DNA of 32,000 bases, taken from contig BPKC01000001.1 of NCBI GenBank assembly GCA_026004935.1, positions 1,123,491-1,155,490 of the forward strand. The letters run 5' to 3'. Made by a program: the position numbers and the translations under genes. Below, piece after piece: positions 1 through 18,411 of the stretch. Numbering within the stretch: the stretch's first letter is position 1; each line of letters starts with the position of its first letter. Source of the DNA: Rhodothalassiaceae bacterium. GTDB lineage: Bacteria; Pseudomonadota; Alphaproteobacteria; Sphingomonadales; Rhodothalassiaceae. The notes beneath the pieces were generated by a model. The model saw only the letters and a list, made by a program, of their open reading frames with translations, was not told where the DNA came from and searched no databases.

Positions 1-1635
<1,635 letters not shown>

Positions 1636-1682
1636 GACGCCCCCGCCGGCCCCGCCCGCTCTGCCATGCGGGCCGCATGTGA

Positions 1683-5948
<4,266 letters not shown>

Positions 5949-5981
5949 TCGCGCGCGTTCCGGCGCAGGCTGGAAAGATCC

Positions 5982-6016
5982 GCACGGCCGTCCCCGCCTC
6001 GCGGGGGCGGCCGTGC
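5982..6016 (+). terminator. GC-rich stem-loop 34 nt after the rpoC stop; candidate intrinsic terminator with a weak T-tract
   Basis: GCACGGCCGTCCCCGC-CTC-GCGGGGGCGGCCGTGC forms a 16-bp stem with one G-U pair. It is followed by CGCCTGTTGCC, so there is no real U-run. Confidence 0.4.
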
Positions 6017-6158
6017 CGCCTGTTGCCGCCGATCATTGCGAGTCGCGGCCGGCCGGCCCCGCCGGCGCAAGGATCCTCTCCTCGCGGGGCTCCAGACGAA
6101 AGATGAAAGGCGCGACCGCGGCCCCGTTTTGCCGGAAATGTCGGCCCCCGCAGCGCTG

Positions 6159-6187
6159 TTGACGCGATCCGGCACCAGGACTATATA
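6159..6187 (+). promoter_or_regulatory. Near-consensus sigma70-type promoter in the rpoC-rpsL spacer
   Basis: TTGACG (6159-6164), a 17-nt spacer, then TATATA (6182-6187). It can also be read as TTGACG-N16-CTATAT, the housekeeping consensus reported for Alphaproteobacteria. It is the best -35/-10 pair I found in the window and lies ~545 nt upstream of the rpsL ATG. Confidence 0.55.
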
Positions 6188-6732
6188 GCGGGCCTCGCCC
6201 GGGCCCGGGTGGTAGCGCCCGCGCGGCCGCGGCCGCAGGCGGCGTGCTAGACGCCGGTGCCGGAACGGGCTTCTGGTGGTGACAGAACCGGTGAGCGGGC
6301 GGACCTTCGGCCCTTGGACGAAGGTTCGCACAGGCTGCACGAGGGTCGGGCCCCGGCGCGCGCCGCGCGAGGAAATCTGGCGCATGACGGGGCTTGCGTT
6401 GCCGCCGGGTTTGGCGTAAGGGCGGGCGGCCGCGTGCGACCCCCCTCGGGCGACGGCTCCTCTTGGAGGAGTGCGAAGAGGCGGGTGTTGGACGGCGACG
6501 TTTCGCGAGCGGTGGCAGGGGATCGAAGCGCCCCCTTCGGAAGGGCCGCGGTGACGGCGGCGAAGGAAGGGGCGAGGTGCTTCGCTCATGCTGCACGGGT
6601 GCAGCGGCCCCGGCGCGTGAAACAAGCCCGTCAGGCGCAGACGAGATCATGGCGGCCCGCGGCCGCGACCGGATGCGTCGTGGCGGCGGGCGCGGTCGGG
6701 TGACGAGGAAGAAAGAAGGCAGAGGGCGATCG

Positions 6733-7104
6733 ATGCCGACGATCAATCAGCTCGTGCGCAAGCCGCGCAAGCGGCCGGTCAAGCGCAACAAGGTGCCGGC
6801 GCTTCAGGCCTGCCCCCAGAAGCGGGGCGTGTGCACCCGCGTGTACACGACGACGCCGAAGAAGCCGAACTCGGCGCTCAGAAAGGTTGCGCGCGTGCGG
6901 CTGACGAACGGGATCGAGGTCACCGCCTACATTCCGGGCGAGGGACACAATCTGCAGGAGCATTCGGTCGTGCTCATCCGCGGCGGCCGCGTGAAGGACC
7001 TGCCGGGCGTGCGCTACCACATCATCCGCGGCGTGCTCGATACCCAGGGCGTCTCCGACCGCCGTCAGGGCCGCTCGAAGTACGGCGCCAAGCGGCCGAA
7101 ATGA
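6733..7104 (+). CDS. rpsL: 30S ribosomal protein S12
   Basis: Begins [58 protein letters not shown] chose the ATG at 6733 inside track ORF 6394..7104 because the upstream in-frame part has non-coding codon usage. AGAGGG lies upstream as an SD. Confidence 0.97.
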   Translation: MPTINQLVRKPRKRPVKRNKVPALQACPQKRGVCTRVYTTTPKKPNSALRKVARVRLTNGIEVTAYIPGEGHNLQEHSVVLIRGGRVKDLPGVRYHIIRGVLDTQGVSDRRQGRSKYGAKRPK

Positions 7105-7107
7105 TGA

Positions 7108-7593
<486 letters not shown>

Positions 7594-7649
7594 CCGCGAC
7601 GGCGCGGCCCGCGCAGCAGAAACGAGACGCGAGAACGAGAGCGACGACG

Positions 7650-9731
<2,082 letters not shown>

Positions 9732-9786
9732 CGTGCATCCGGCAGGCATGAGCGGACAGGGAAACGACAGGGAAAGGACCTGAAAG

Positions 9787-10977
9787 ATGTCCAAGGCGAA
9801 GTTTGAGCGGACGAAGCCGCATGTGAACGTGGGGACGATTGGTCACGTGGACCATGGGAAGACGACGCTGACGGCGGCGATCACGAAGGTGTTGGCGGAG
9901 CAGGGCAAGGCGCAGTTCGTGGACTATGCGAAGATTGACAAGGCGCCGGAGGAGCGCGAGCGGGGGATCACGATATCGACGGCGCATGTGGAGTACGAGA
10001 CGGACAAGCGGCATTACGCGCATGTCGACTGCCCGGGTCATGCGGACTATGTGAAGAACATGATCACGGGTGCGGCGCAGATGGACGGAGCGATTCTGGT
10101 GGTGTCTGCGGCGGATGGTCCGATGCCGCAGACGCGCGAGCACATCTTGCTGGCGCGTCAGGTGGGTGTGCCGGCGATCGTGGTGTTCTTGAACAAGGTG
10201 GACCAGGTGGACGATCCGGAGCTTCTGGAGCTGGTGGAGCTGGAGGTCCGGGAGCTTTTGAGCCAGTACGGTTTTCCGGGCGACGAGATTCCGATCATTG
10301 CGGGTTCGGCGCTGGCGGCGCTGGAGGGGCGTGATCCGGAGATCGGGGCGCAGAAGGTGCTGGAGCTGATGAATGCGGTGGACGAGTACATTCCGACGCC
10401 GGAGCGTCCGAAGGACAAGCCGTTCCTGATGCCGATCGAGGACGTGTTCTCGATTTCGGGACGCGGGACGGTGGTGACGGGCCGCGTGGAGCAGGGCGTG
10501 GTCAAGGTCGGCGACGAGGTGGAGATCGTGGGCATCCGTCCGACCCGCAAGACGGTGGTGACGGGTGTGGAGATGTTCCGCAAGATCCTGGACCAGGGCG
10601 AGGCGGGCGACAACATCGGCGCGCTGCTGCGCGGTGTGGGCCGCGACGAGGTGGAGCGCGGTCAGGTTCTGGCGCAGCCCGGATCGATCACGCCGCACAC
10701 GAAGTTCAAGGCGGAGACCTATGTGCTGACGAAGGAGGAGGGCGGCCGGCACACGCCGTTCTTCAACAACTACCGTCCGCAGTTCTACTTCCGGACGACG
10801 GACGTGACGGGCACGGTGAAGCTGCCGGAGGGCGTGGAGATGGTGATGCCGGGCGACAATGTGGAGCTCGAGGTCGAGCTCATCAGCCCGATCGCCATGG
10901 ACGAGGGCCTCAGGTTCGCCATCCGCGAAGGCGGCCGCACCGTCGGCGCAGGCGTCGTCTCCAAAATCATCGAGTAG
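9787..10977 (+). CDS. tuf: Elongation factor Tu
   Basis: 396-aa ORF with motifs [17 protein letters not shown] and NKVD and C-terminus ...[15 protein letters not shown]. Its codon usage is atypical compared with its neighbours (see findings). Confidence 0.98.
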   Translation: MSKAKFERTKPHVNVGTIGHVDHGKTTLTAAITKVLAEQGKAQFVDYAKIDKAPEERERGITISTAHVEYETDKRHYAHVDCPGHADYVKNMITGAAQMDGAILVVSAADGPMPQTREHILLARQVGVPAIVVFLNKVDQVDDPELLELVELEVRELLSQYGFPGDEIPIIAGSALAALEGRDPEIGAQKVLELMNAVDEYIPTPERPKDKPFLMPIEDVFSISGRGTVVTGRVEQGVVKVGDEVEIVGIRPTRKTVVTGVEMFRKILDQGEAGDNIGALLRGVGRDEVERGQVLAQPGSITPHTKFKAETYVLTKEEGGRHTPFFNNYRPQFYFRTTDVTGTVKLPEGVEMVMPGDNVELEVELISPIAMDEGLRFAIREGGRTVGAGVVSKIIE

Positions 10978-11022
10978 GCTGCGAGGCGGCGGGCAGTCCC
11001 GGCAACAAGAGGACCGTGAGCG

Positions 11023-11337
11023 ATGGATACGCAGAGCATTCGTATCCGCCTGAAGGCGTTCGATCACCGCATTCTCGATCAGGCGGCCAACGAGATCGCG
11101 GGAACGGCCCGCCGGACCGGCGCGCTGGTGAGGGGGCCGATTCCCCTTCCCACCCGCATCCAGCGGTTCACGGTCAACCGCTCGCCGCACATCGACAAGG
11201 AGTCGATGGAGCAGTTCGAGATGCGCACCCACAAGCGCGTCCTCGACATCATCGATCCGACGCCGCAGACGGTCGACGCGCTGATGAAGCTCGACCTGTC
11301 GCCCGGCGTGGACGTGGAAATCAAGCTGCAGGGATGA
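11023..11337 (+). CDS. rpsJ: 30S ribosomal protein S10
   Basis: 104-aa [28 protein letters not shown].... It starts only 45 nt after tuf. Confidence 0.97.
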   Translation: MDTQSIRIRLKAFDHRILDQAANEIAGTARRTGALVRGPIPLPTRIQRFTVNRSPHIDKESMEQFEMRTHKRVLDIIDPTPQTVDALMKLDLSPGVDVEIKLQG

Positions 11338-11348
11338 GGCGGTAGGCG

Positions 11349-12131
11349 ATGCGCACGGGTGTGATTGCAAAGAAACTGGGCATGACCCGCGTCTTCGACG
11401 CCGATGGTCGTCACGTGCCCGTGACGGTCCTGAAGCTGGAGGAGTGCCAGGTCGTGGCCCAGCGCACCGAGGAGCGGGACGGCTATGTCGCCCTGCAGCT
11501 GGGTGCGGGGCGCGCGAAGGCCAAGCGCACGACGGCGCCGATGCGCGGCCATTACGCCAGGGCGGGCGTGCCGCCCAAGCGCGTGCTCGCCGAGTTCCGG
11601 GTGGATCCGGATCATCTCGTCGAGGTGGGCGCCGAGATCACGGCGGACCACTTCGTGCCGGGCCAGTTCGTGGACGCCATCGGCACCTCCAAGGGCAAGG
11701 GGTTCGCGGGCGCGATGAAGCGCTGGAACTTCGGCGGTCTGCGCGCCAGCCACGGCGTGTCGATCTCGCACAGAAGCCACGGCTCGACCGGCAACCGGCA
11801 GGATCCGGGCCGCGTCTTCAAGGGCAAGAAGATGGCCGGCCATCTCGGCGACGAGCGGGTGACGGTCCTCAATCTGCAGGTGGTGGACGTGCGCCCGGAT
11901 GACGGGCTGATCCTCGTGCGCGGGGCAATTCCGGGGGCGAAGGGCTCCTGGATCCTGCTGCGCGATGCGGTCAAGAGGCCGCTGCCCGAGACGGCGCCGC
12001 ATCCGGCCGCCTTCCGCAGGCTCGAGAACGCGCCCGGGGCCCCGGCGCAGGACGCCGGCGAGGCGCCGGCGGAAGGCGAGGGGGCGCCGGCGGCGGATGC
12101 CGGTGAGACGGCTGAAGACAGGAATGGATGA
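11349..12131 (+). CDS. rplC: 50S ribosomal protein L3, with an Ala/Pro/Glu-rich C-terminal tail
   Basis: 260-aa [31 protein letters not shown]...[27 protein letters not shown]. The tail reads ...[35 protein letters not shown]. Confidence 0.96.
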   Translation: MRTGVIAKKLGMTRVFDADGRHVPVTVLKLEECQVVAQRTEERDGYVALQLGAGRAKAKRTTAPMRGHYARAGVPPKRVLAEFRVDPDHLVEVGAEITADHFVPGQFVDAIGTSKGKGFAGAMKRWNFGGLRASHGVSISHRSHGSTGNRQDPGRVFKGKKMAGHLGDERVTVLNLQVVDVRPDDGLILVRGAIPGAKGSWILLRDAVKRPLPETAPHPAAFRRLENAPGAPAQDAGEAPAEGEGAPAADAGETAEDRNG

Positions 12132-12135
12132 AGCC

Positions 12136-12756
12136 ATGAAGGCCGATGTCCTGACATGGGATGCGAAGAAGGCCGGCAGCATCGAGCTCGATGACGCGAT
12201 CTTCGGGCTGGAGCCGCGCGCCGACATTCTGCATCGCGTCGTGGTCTGGCAGCTCGCCAAGCGCCGCGCCGGCACGCACGCCGTGAAATTCCGCTCCGAC
12301 GTGCGGGCGACGAACAGGAAGATGTACCGGCAGAAGGGCACGGGGCGCGCGCGGCATGGCAGCCGGCGGGTCAACATCTTCCGCGGGGGCGGGCGCGCAT
12401 TCGGGCCGATTCCGCGCGACCACGCGATCAAGCTGCCGAAGAAGGTGCGGGCGCTCGGCCTCAGGCATGCGCTCTCCGACAAGGCGCGCGAGGGGCGGCT
12501 CATCGTGGTCGAGACGGCGAAGCTGGAGAAGGGCAAGACCCGCGAGCTCAAGGACAAGCTGGCGAAGCTGGGGCTCACCAGCGCGCTGATCATCGACGGC
12601 GAGGCGGTGGACGAGGCGTTCAAGCGCGCGGCGGCCAACCTGCCGCAGGTCAAGGTGCTGCCGACGATCGGCGCCAATGTCTACGACATCCTGCGTCACG
12701 AGACGCTGGTGCTGACGAAGGCGGCGGTGGACAAGCTCAAGGAGCGGCTCTCATGA
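12136..12756 (+). CDS. rplD: 50S ribosomal protein L4
   Basis: [48 protein letters not shown].... I chose the ATG at 12136, which gives 206 aa. An alternative ATG at 12124 would overlap rplC by 8 nt. The track ORF starting at 11965 is an upstream extension inside rplC. Confidence 0.93.
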   Translation: MKADVLTWDAKKAGSIELDDAIFGLEPRADILHRVVVWQLAKRRAGTHAVKFRSDVRATNRKMYRQKGTGRARHGSRRVNIFRGGGRAFGPIPRDHAIKLPKKVRALGLRHALSDKAREGRLIVVETAKLEKGKTRELKDKLAKLGLTSALIIDGEAVDEAFKRAAANLPQVKVLPTIGANVYDILRHETLVLTKAAVDKLKERLS

Positions 12757-13058
12757 GCAAGGCGGAGCCGAAGCTGAAGGCCTACGACATCATCCTGCGC
12801 CCGGTGATCACCGAGAAGGCGACGCTGGGTTCGGAACACAACCAGGTCACCTTCGTGGTGGCGAAGCATGCCACGAAGCCGGAGATCAAGGAGGCGGTGG
12901 AAAGCCTGTTCAAGGTCAAGGTGAAGAAGGTCAACACCTTGAACCAGAAGGGCAAGGTCAAGCGCTTCCGCGGGATCACGGGCCGGCGGGCGGACATCAA
13001 GAAGGCGATCGTGACCCTCGAGGAGGGCCACCACATCGATGTGACGGCAGGGGTCTGA
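12753..13058 (+). CDS. rplW: 50S ribosomal protein L23
   Basis: 101-aa ORF, ...[43 protein letters not shown].... It has an ATGA overlap with the rplD stop. Confidence 0.96.
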   Translation: MSKAEPKLKAYDIILRPVITEKATLGSEHNQVTFVVAKHATKPEIKEAVESLFKVKVKKVNTLNQKGKVKRFRGITGRRADIKKAIVTLEEGHHIDVTAGV

Positions 13059-13061
13059 TCC

Positions 13062-13898
13062 ATGGCGCTCAAGAGCTACAAACCGGTCACTCCCTCCCAG
13101 CGCGGGCTCGTGCTGGTGGACCGCTCGCATCTGTGGAAGGGCGATCCCGTCAAGAAGCTGACGGAGGGCCTGACGAAGTCCGGCGGCCGGAACAATTTCG
13201 GACACATCACGGCGCGCCGGCGCGGCGGCGGCCACAAGCGGCTGTATCGCAAGGTGGATTTCCGCCGGCGCAAGTGGGGCGTGGAGGCGACCGTCGAGCG
13301 CATCGAGTACGATCCCAACCGCACGGCCTTCATCGCGCTCATCCGCTATGACGACGGCGAGCTGAGCTACATCATCGCCCCGCAGCGGCTGGCGCCGGGC
13401 GCGAAGGTGATCGCGGCCGAGCATGTGGACATCAAGCCGGGCAATGCCTCGCCCATCGGCAACATGCCGGTCGGCACCATCGTCCACAACATCGAGCTCA
13501 AGCCGGGCGGCGGCGGCAAGGTCGCGCGCGCGGCCGGGACCTTCGCCCAGATCGTCGGCCGCGACCAGGGCTACGTGATCATCCGCCTCGCCTCCGGCGA
13601 GCAGCGCAAGGTGCCGAACGCCTGCATGGCCACGGTGGGTGCGGTCTCGAACCCGGACAAGAAGAACGAGGTGCTGGCGAAGGCGGGCCGCAACCGGTGG
13701 AAGGGCCGCCGGCCGGCGGTGCGCGGCGTGGCGATGAACCCGGTGGACCATCCGCACGGCGGCGGCGAGGGGCGCACCTCCGGCGGCCGTCATCCGGTGA
13801 CGCCGTGGGGCAAGCCGACCAAGGGCAAGAAGACCCGGCACAACCGCGCGAGCGACAAGTACATCGTGCGTTCGCGGCACGATGCGAAGAAGCGCTAG
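13062..13898 (+). CDS. rplB: 50S ribosomal protein L2
   Basis: 278-aa [20 protein letters not shown]...[31 protein letters not shown]. Confidence 0.98.
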   Translation: MALKSYKPVTPSQRGLVLVDRSHLWKGDPVKKLTEGLTKSGGRNNFGHITARRRGGGHKRLYRKVDFRRRKWGVEATVERIEYDPNRTAFIALIRYDDGELSYIIAPQRLAPGAKVIAAEHVDIKPGNASPIGNMPVGTIVHNIELKPGGGGKVARAAGTFAQIVGRDQGYVIIRLASGEQRKVPNACMATVGAVSNPDKKNEVLAKAGRNRWKGRRPAVRGVAMNPVDHPHGGGEGRTSGGRHPVTPWGKPTKGKKTRHNRASDKYIVRSRHDAKKR

Positions 13899-13910
13899 GA
13901 GGCTTGAGGC

Positions 13911-14189
13911 ATGGCGCGTTCAGTCTGGAAGGGTCCGTTCGTCGAGCTGTCTCTGCTGAAGAAGGCGGAGGCGATGCAGGCGTCCGGCAACAAGCAGGTC
14001 ATCAAGACCTGGTCGAGGCGTTCGACGATCGTTCCGCAGTTCGTGGGGCTGACCTTCAATGTCTACAACGGGCGCAAGTTCGTGCCGGTCTACGTGACCG
14101 AGGAGATGGTCGGCCACAAGCTGGGCGAGTTCGCGCCCACCCGCACCTTCTACGGCCATGGTGCGGACAAGAAGGCGAAGAGGAGTTAA
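13911..14189 (+). CDS. rpsS: 30S ribosomal protein S19
   Basis: 92-aa [21 protein letters not shown]...[33 protein letters not shown]. Confidence 0.97.
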   Translation: MARSVWKGPFVELSLLKKAEAMQASGNKQVIKTWSRRSTIVPQFVGLTFNVYNGRKFVPVYVTEEMVGHKLGEFAPTRTFYGHGADKKAKRS

Positions 14190-14195
14190 GCGGCC

Positions 14196-14573
14196 ATGGG
14201 CAAGCCCAAGAATCCGCGCCGCGTGGCGGAGAACGAGGCCTATGCCGTGGGCAACATGCTGCGCGGCTCGCCGCGCCGGTTCAACCTGGTCGCCCAGATG
14301 ATCCGCGGGCTGCCGGTGGACAAGGCGCTCGTGCAGCTCGAGTTCTGCCGGCGCAAGGCGGCACGGGACGTGAAAAAGGTGCTGCAGTCGGCGATCGCGA
14401 ACGCCGAGAACAACCACGGGCTGGACATCGATCAGCTCGTTGTCGCGGAGGCGAGCGTCGGCAAGGCGCTGGTGATGAAGCGCTGGCGGCCGCGGGCGCG
14501 CGGGCGTGTGGGCCGGATCCTGAAGCCCTTCAGCCGGGTGCGGATCGTGGTGCGTGAAGTGCGGGAGCAGTAG
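14196..14573 (+). CDS. rplV: 50S ribosomal protein L22
   Basis: 125-aa ORF, ...[28 protein letters not shown]...[23 protein letters not shown]. Confidence 0.96.
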   Translation: MGKPKNPRRVAENEAYAVGNMLRGSPRRFNLVAQMIRGLPVDKALVQLEFCRRKAARDVKKVLQSAIANAENNHGLDIDQLVVAEASVGKALVMKRWRPRARGRVGRILKPFSRVRIVVREVREQ

Positions 14574-14576
14574 GAA

Positions 14577-15272
14577 ATGGGTCAGAAGGTTAATCCCATC
14601 GGTCTGAGGCTCGGCATCAACCGCACCTGGGATTCGCGCTGGTATGCGGACAGCCCGGACTACGGCAGGCTCCTGCAGGAGGATCTGAAGATCCGCCGCT
14701 TTCTCGAGGAGCGGCTGAAGCAGGCGGCGGTGAGCAAGGTCGTCGTGGAGCGCCTTGCCAAGAAGCCGCGGGTGACGGTGTATTCCGCGCGCCCGGGCGT
14801 GGTGATCGGCAAGCGCGGCGCGGACATCGAGCAGCTCCGTCAGGAGCTGAAGAAGATGACCGGCGAGGAGACCGCCCTCAACATCGTCGAGATCAGGAAG
14901 CCCGAGGTGGATGCGCGCCTCGTCGCCGAGGGCATCGCGCAGCAGCTGGAGCGGCGCGTGTCCTTCCGCCGCGCGATGAAGCGGGCGGTGCAGGCCGCCA
15001 TGCGGCTCGGCGCGCAGGGCATCCGGGTCAATGTCTCGGGCCGGCTGGGCGGCGCGGAAATCGCGCGCATGGAGTGGTATCGCGAGGGCCGCGTGCCGCT
15101 GCACACCCTGCGCGCGGACATCGACTACGGCTTTGCGCTGGCCCGCACGGCCTATGGCGCGATCGGGGTGAAGGTCTGGGTGTTCCGCGGCGAGATCATG
15201 GAGCACGACCCGATGGCGCATGAGAAGCGGATGCTGGAGTTCCAGACCGCGGCCGCGGGGTCGTGGCGGTAA
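14577..15272 (+). CDS. rpsC: 30S ribosomal protein S3
   Basis: 231-aa [27 protein letters not shown]...[31 protein letters not shown]. Confidence 0.98.
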   Translation: MGQKVNPIGLRLGINRTWDSRWYADSPDYGRLLQEDLKIRRFLEERLKQAAVSKVVVERLAKKPRVTVYSARPGVVIGKRGADIEQLRQELKKMTGEETALNIVEIRKPEVDARLVAEGIAQQLERRVSFRRAMKRAVQAAMRLGAQGIRVNVSGRLGGAEIARMEWYREGRVPLHTLRADIDYGFALARTAYGAIGVKVWVFRGEIMEHDPMAHEKRMLEFQTAAAGSWR

Positions 15273-15311
15273 CGGCAACGGCCTGACGGCCGGCAGACGA
15301 GGACAGGCGAG

Positions 15312-15722
15312 ATGCTGCAACCGAAGCGCACGAAGTTCAGGAAGGCGCACAAGGGCCGCATCCACGGCATGGCCAAGGGCGGCACCGAGGTGAATTTCGG
15401 GGCCTTCGGCCTGAAGGCGCTGGAGCCCGCGCGGATCACCGCCCGCCAGATCGAGGCGGCGCGGCGCGCCATCACGCGCCACATGAAGCGCGCCGGCAAG
15501 GTGTGGATCCGGATCTTCCCGGACGTGCCGGTTTCGAAGAAGCCGGCCGAGGTGCGCATGGGCAAGGGCAAGGGCTCGCCGGAGTTCTGGGTCGCCCGGG
15601 TGAAGCCGGGGCGGATCATGTTCGAGGTCGACGGCGTGCCCGAGCCGGTGGCCCGGCGCGCCTTCGAGCTGGCGTCGGCGAAGCTGCCGATCGCGACCAA
15701 GATCGTCGCGCGGCGGTCGTGA
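15312..15722 (+). CDS. rplP: 50S ribosomal protein L16
   Basis: 136-aa [39 protein letters not shown]...[25 protein letters not shown]. Confidence 0.98.
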   Translation: MLQPKRTKFRKAHKGRIHGMAKGGTEVNFGAFGLKALEPARITARQIEAARRAITRHMKRAGKVWIRIFPDVPVSKKPAEVRMGKGKGSPEFWVARVKPGRIMFEVDGVPEPVARRAFELASAKLPIATKIVARRS

Positions 15723-15756
15723 GGACATCCGGGTCAGGATCAGGGAGCGCGTGACG

Positions 15757-15969
15757 ATGAAGGCGGCGGATCTGAGGCTGAAGACGCGCGACGAGCTGAT
15801 CGCGCTGTTGCGGGATCTCAAGCGCGAGCGGCTGAATCTGCGGTTCCAGCAGGCGGCCGGCCAGCTGGAGAAGCCTTCACGGATCAAGGAGGTGCGGCGC
15901 GACATCGCGCGCATCCTCACGATCCTGAACGAGCGCGCGCGCAAGGGCGATGCCGGCAAGGCGGCCTGA
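15757..15969 (+). CDS. rpmC: 50S ribosomal protein L29
   Basis: [56 protein letters not shown] prefer the ATG at 15757, which has CAGGGAG ~10 nt upstream, over the track's GTG at 15751. The start is uncertain by 2 codons. Confidence 0.93.
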   Translation: MKAADLRLKTRDELIALLRDLKRERLNLRFQQAAGQLEKPSRIKEVRRDIARILTILNERARKGDAGKAA

Positions 15970-16003
15970 GCGCGGACAGATGTGACAGGACAGGAACGAG
16001 GCG

Positions 16004-16252
16004 ATGCCGAAACGCGTACTGCAGGGACGGGTGGTCAGCGACCGCAACGACAAGACCGTCGTGGTTCTGGTCGAGCGGCGCTTTCCGCATCCGCTGCTGG
16101 GCAAGATCGTCCGGCGCAGCAAGAAGTACCATGCGCATGACCCGAACAACGAATGGAAGGTCGGCGACAAGGTCTGGATCGAGGAATGCCGGCCGATCAG
16201 CAGGAAGAAGCGCTGGCGGGTCGTCCAGGGCGAGCATGTGACGACGGTCTAG
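16004..16252 (+). CDS. rpsQ: 30S ribosomal protein S17
   Basis: 82-aa [49 protein letters not shown]. Confidence 0.96.
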   Translation: MPKRVLQGRVVSDRNDKTVVVLVERRFPHPLLGKIVRRSKKYHAHDPNNEWKVGDKVWIEECRPISRKKRWRVVQGEHVTTV

Positions 16253-16310
16253 GCGGCGGCGCCGCGGCGGAACGCAGGCTGCGGGGCGACGTAATCAGGG
16301 TGGACGAGCC

Positions 16311-16679
16311 ATGATCCAGATGCAGACGAATCTCGATGTCGCCGACAACTCGGGCGCCAAGCGGGTGATGTGCATCAAGGTGCTGGGCGGCACCAACCGG
16401 CGCTATGCGCAGGTGGGAGACATCATCGTGGTGTCGGTGAAGGAGGCGACGCCGAAGGGGCGCGTGAAGAAGGGCGAGGTGTACCGCGCGGTCGTCGTGC
16501 GCACCGCCAAGGACATCCGCCGGCCGGATGGCTCGGTCATCCGTTTCGACCGCAACGCGGCGGTGCTGATCAACAAGCAGGGCGAGCCGATCGGCACGCG
16601 CATCTTCGGCCCCGTGGCGCGCGAGCTCAGGGCGGCGAACCAGATGAAGATCATCTCGCTCGCTCCGGAGGTGCTGTGA
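16311..16679 (+). CDS. rplN: 50S ribosomal protein L14
   Basis: 122-aa [30 protein letters not shown]...[10 protein letters not shown]...[10 protein letters not shown]. Confidence 0.98.
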   Translation: MIQMQTNLDVADNSGAKRVMCIKVLGGTNRRYAQVGDIIVVSVKEATPKGRVKKGEVYRAVVVRTAKDIRRPDGSVIRFDRNAAVLINKQGEPIGTRIFGPVARELRAANQMKIISLAPEVL

Positions 16680-16993
16680 TGGCTGCGAAGCTGAAGAAGG
16701 GCGACAAGGTCGTCGTGATCGCCGGTCGCGACAAGGGCAAGACCGGCGAGATCCTGAAGGTACTGCCGAAGGAGAACCGGGCGATCGTCTCCGGAGTGAA
16801 TCTCGTCAAGAAGCACCAGCGGCCGACGCCGCAGGAGCCGGGCGGGATCATCACGAAGGAGGCGCCCATCCACCTGTCGAACCTGATGCTGGCCGACCCG
16901 AAGGACGGCCGGCCGACGCGGGTGGGATTCAAGTTCGTCGAGGGCCGCAAGGTGCGGTTCGCCAAGAAGTCGGGCGAGGTGATCGATGGCTGA
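16679..16993 (+). CDS. rplX: 50S ribosomal protein L24
   Basis: [49 protein letters not shown].... The ATG at 16679 overlaps the rplN TGA by 1 nt. It lies inside track ORF 16370..16993. Confidence 0.95.
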   Translation: MAAKLKKGDKVVVIAGRDKGKTGEILKVLPKENRAIVSGVNLVKKHQRPTPQEPGGIITKEAPIHLSNLMLADPKDGRPTRVGFKFVEGRKVRFAKKSGEVIDG

Positions 16994-17579
16994 GAACGGG
17001 ACCGCCAAGGCGAAGCAGCCGACGGGCGAGCGCTACGTGCCGCGCCTGAAGCGCCTCTACAACGAGGAGGTGCGGCCGAAGCTCATGGAGAAGTTCGGCT
17101 ACACGAACGTCATGCAGGTGCCGCGGCTGGAGAAGATCGTGATCAACGTCGGCGTCGGCGACGCCGTCCAGGATCCGAAGCGGCTGAACAAGGTGGTCGA
17201 GGAGATCGCGCTGATCGCCGGCCAGAAGCCGGTCATCACCCGGGCGAAGAAGTCGATCGCCGGCTTCAAGCTGCGCCAGGGCATGCCGATCGGCGTCAAG
17301 GTGACGCTCAGGCGCGACCGGATGTACGAGTTTCTGGACCGTCTCATCACCATCGCCCTGCCGCGGGTGAAGGACTTTCGCGGGGTGAACCCGAAGAGCT
17401 TCGACGGCCACGGCAACTACGCCATGGGTCTCAAGGAACAGATCGTGTTCCCGGAGATCAACTACGACAAGATCGAGCAGATCCGGGGCATGGACATCAT
17501 CATCTGCACGAGCGCCAAGACGGATGAAGAGGCGCGCGAGCTGCTCGCGGCCTTCAACATGCCGTTCCGGAAGAACTGA
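16986..17579 (+). CDS. rplE: 50S ribosomal protein L5
   Basis: 197-aa ORF, ...[42 protein letters not shown].... It overlaps the end of rplX by 8 nt. Confidence 0.96.
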   Translation: MAENGTAKAKQPTGERYVPRLKRLYNEEVRPKLMEKFGYTNVMQVPRLEKIVINVGVGDAVQDPKRLNKVVEEIALIAGQKPVITRAKKSIAGFKLRQGMPIGVKVTLRRDRMYEFLDRLITIALPRVKDFRGVNPKSFDGHGNYAMGLKEQIVFPEINYDKIEQIRGMDIIICTSAKTDEEARELLAAFNMPFRKN

Positions 17580-17608
17580 CCGGTCTCAGGAAGAGGGATA
17601 TCAGAGGC

Positions 17609-17914
17609 ATGGCGAAGAAGAGTGCCATCGAGAAGAACGAGCGGCGCAAGCGGCTGGTGCAGCGCTACGCGGCCAAGCGCGCGAAGCTCAAGGCGATCGC
17701 CCGCGACCGCTCGCTGCCCGAGGAGGAGCGGATTCTCGCCTGGCTGAAGCTGGCGGAACTGCCGCGCAACTCCTCGCCGACGCGGGTGCGCAACCGCTGC
17801 GAGCTGACGGGACGGCCGCGCGCCTATTACCGCAAGTTCCGCATCTCGCGCATCGCGCTGCGCGAACTGGCGTCATCCGGCCAGCTGCCCGGTGTCACCA
17901 AGGCGAGCTGGTAA
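17609..17914 (+). CDS. rpsN: 30S ribosomal protein S14 (long form without a Cys cluster)
   Basis: 101-aa [31 protein letters not shown]...[41 protein letters not shown]. Confidence 0.96.
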   Translation: MAKKSAIEKNERRKRLVQRYAAKRAKLKAIARDRSLPEEERILAWLKLAELPRNSSPTRVRNRCELTGRPRAYYRKFRISRIALRELASSGQLPGVTKASW

Positions 17915-17942
17915 GGGCGGGCTCACAGGAGAGCAGAAGACC

Positions 17943-18338
17943 ATGATGACCGATCCCCTGGGCGACATGCTCACCCGGATCCGCAACGGACTGGCGGCGC
18001 GCAAGGAGTCGATCACGGCCCCGGCATCGCGTCAGCGCGAGCGCGTGCTCGACGTGCTCAAGCGCGAGGGCTACATCCTCGGCTACGAGCGGGTGGATCT
18101 CGGCAACAACAAGGCGGTGCTGAAGATCCAGCTCAAGTATCACGAGGGCGAGCCGGTGATCCGTCACATCGAGCGCGTCTCGCGCCCGGGGCGGCGGATC
18201 TACGCGGGCGTCAAGGAGCTGCCGCGGGTCGCCAACGGCCTCGGAATCTCGATCGTCTCCACGCCCAAGGGCGTGCTCTCGGACGCCGAGGCGCGCGCCC
18301 AGAACGTCGGCGGCGAGGTGATCTGCAAGGTGTTCTAG
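17943..18338 (+). CDS. rpsH: 30S ribosomal protein S8
   Basis: [45 protein letters not shown].... I chose the ATG at 17943, with AGGAGA ~12 nt upstream. The track ORF start at 17892 overlaps rpsN. Confidence 0.95.
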   Translation: MMTDPLGDMLTRIRNGLAARKESITAPASRQRERVLDVLKREGYILGYERVDLGNNKAVLKIQLKYHEGEPVIRHIERVSRPGRRIYAGVKELPRVANGLGISIVSTPKGVLSDAEARAQNVGGEVICKVF

Positions 18339-18411
18339 CGCCGCCTCGCGGCGGTGACGCAGGGCCGGGCGGGGCGCCTGGCGGGCGCGCAAGGCAAAGA
18401 GGACGAAAAAC

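Noticed and set aside
6280-6385. Short strings resembling conserved RNase P RNA motifs: ACAGAACCGG near 6283 and GAGGAAATCTGG near 6369.
   Set aside because: They occur in the opposite order from bacterial RNase P RNA, where GAGGAAAGUCCGG is 5' and ACAGAACCCGG is 3'. The matches are imperfect and the other conserved regions are absent, so this is coincidence.
6257-6703. A 148-aa ORF with a GTG start on the + strand, plus - strand ORFs (5408..6625, 6033..6746, 5827..6036), inside the rpoC-rpsL spacer. These could have been hidden genes explaining the long gap.
   Set aside because: Their codon usage is unlike the real genes here, with many GGT, TCT, AGA, GAA, CGA, GGA, AGG and GTA codons. The translations are low-complexity Arg/Ala/Gly and there is no SD. 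I treat the region as non-coding (see finding 1).
6394-6732. An in-frame upstream extension of rpsL, with a TTG at 6394 or an ATG at 6649, giving an Arg/Gly-rich N-terminal extension.
   Set aside because: S12 starts universally at MPTINQL. The extension has non-coding-like third-position usage, and the ATG at 6733 has its own purine-rich SD.
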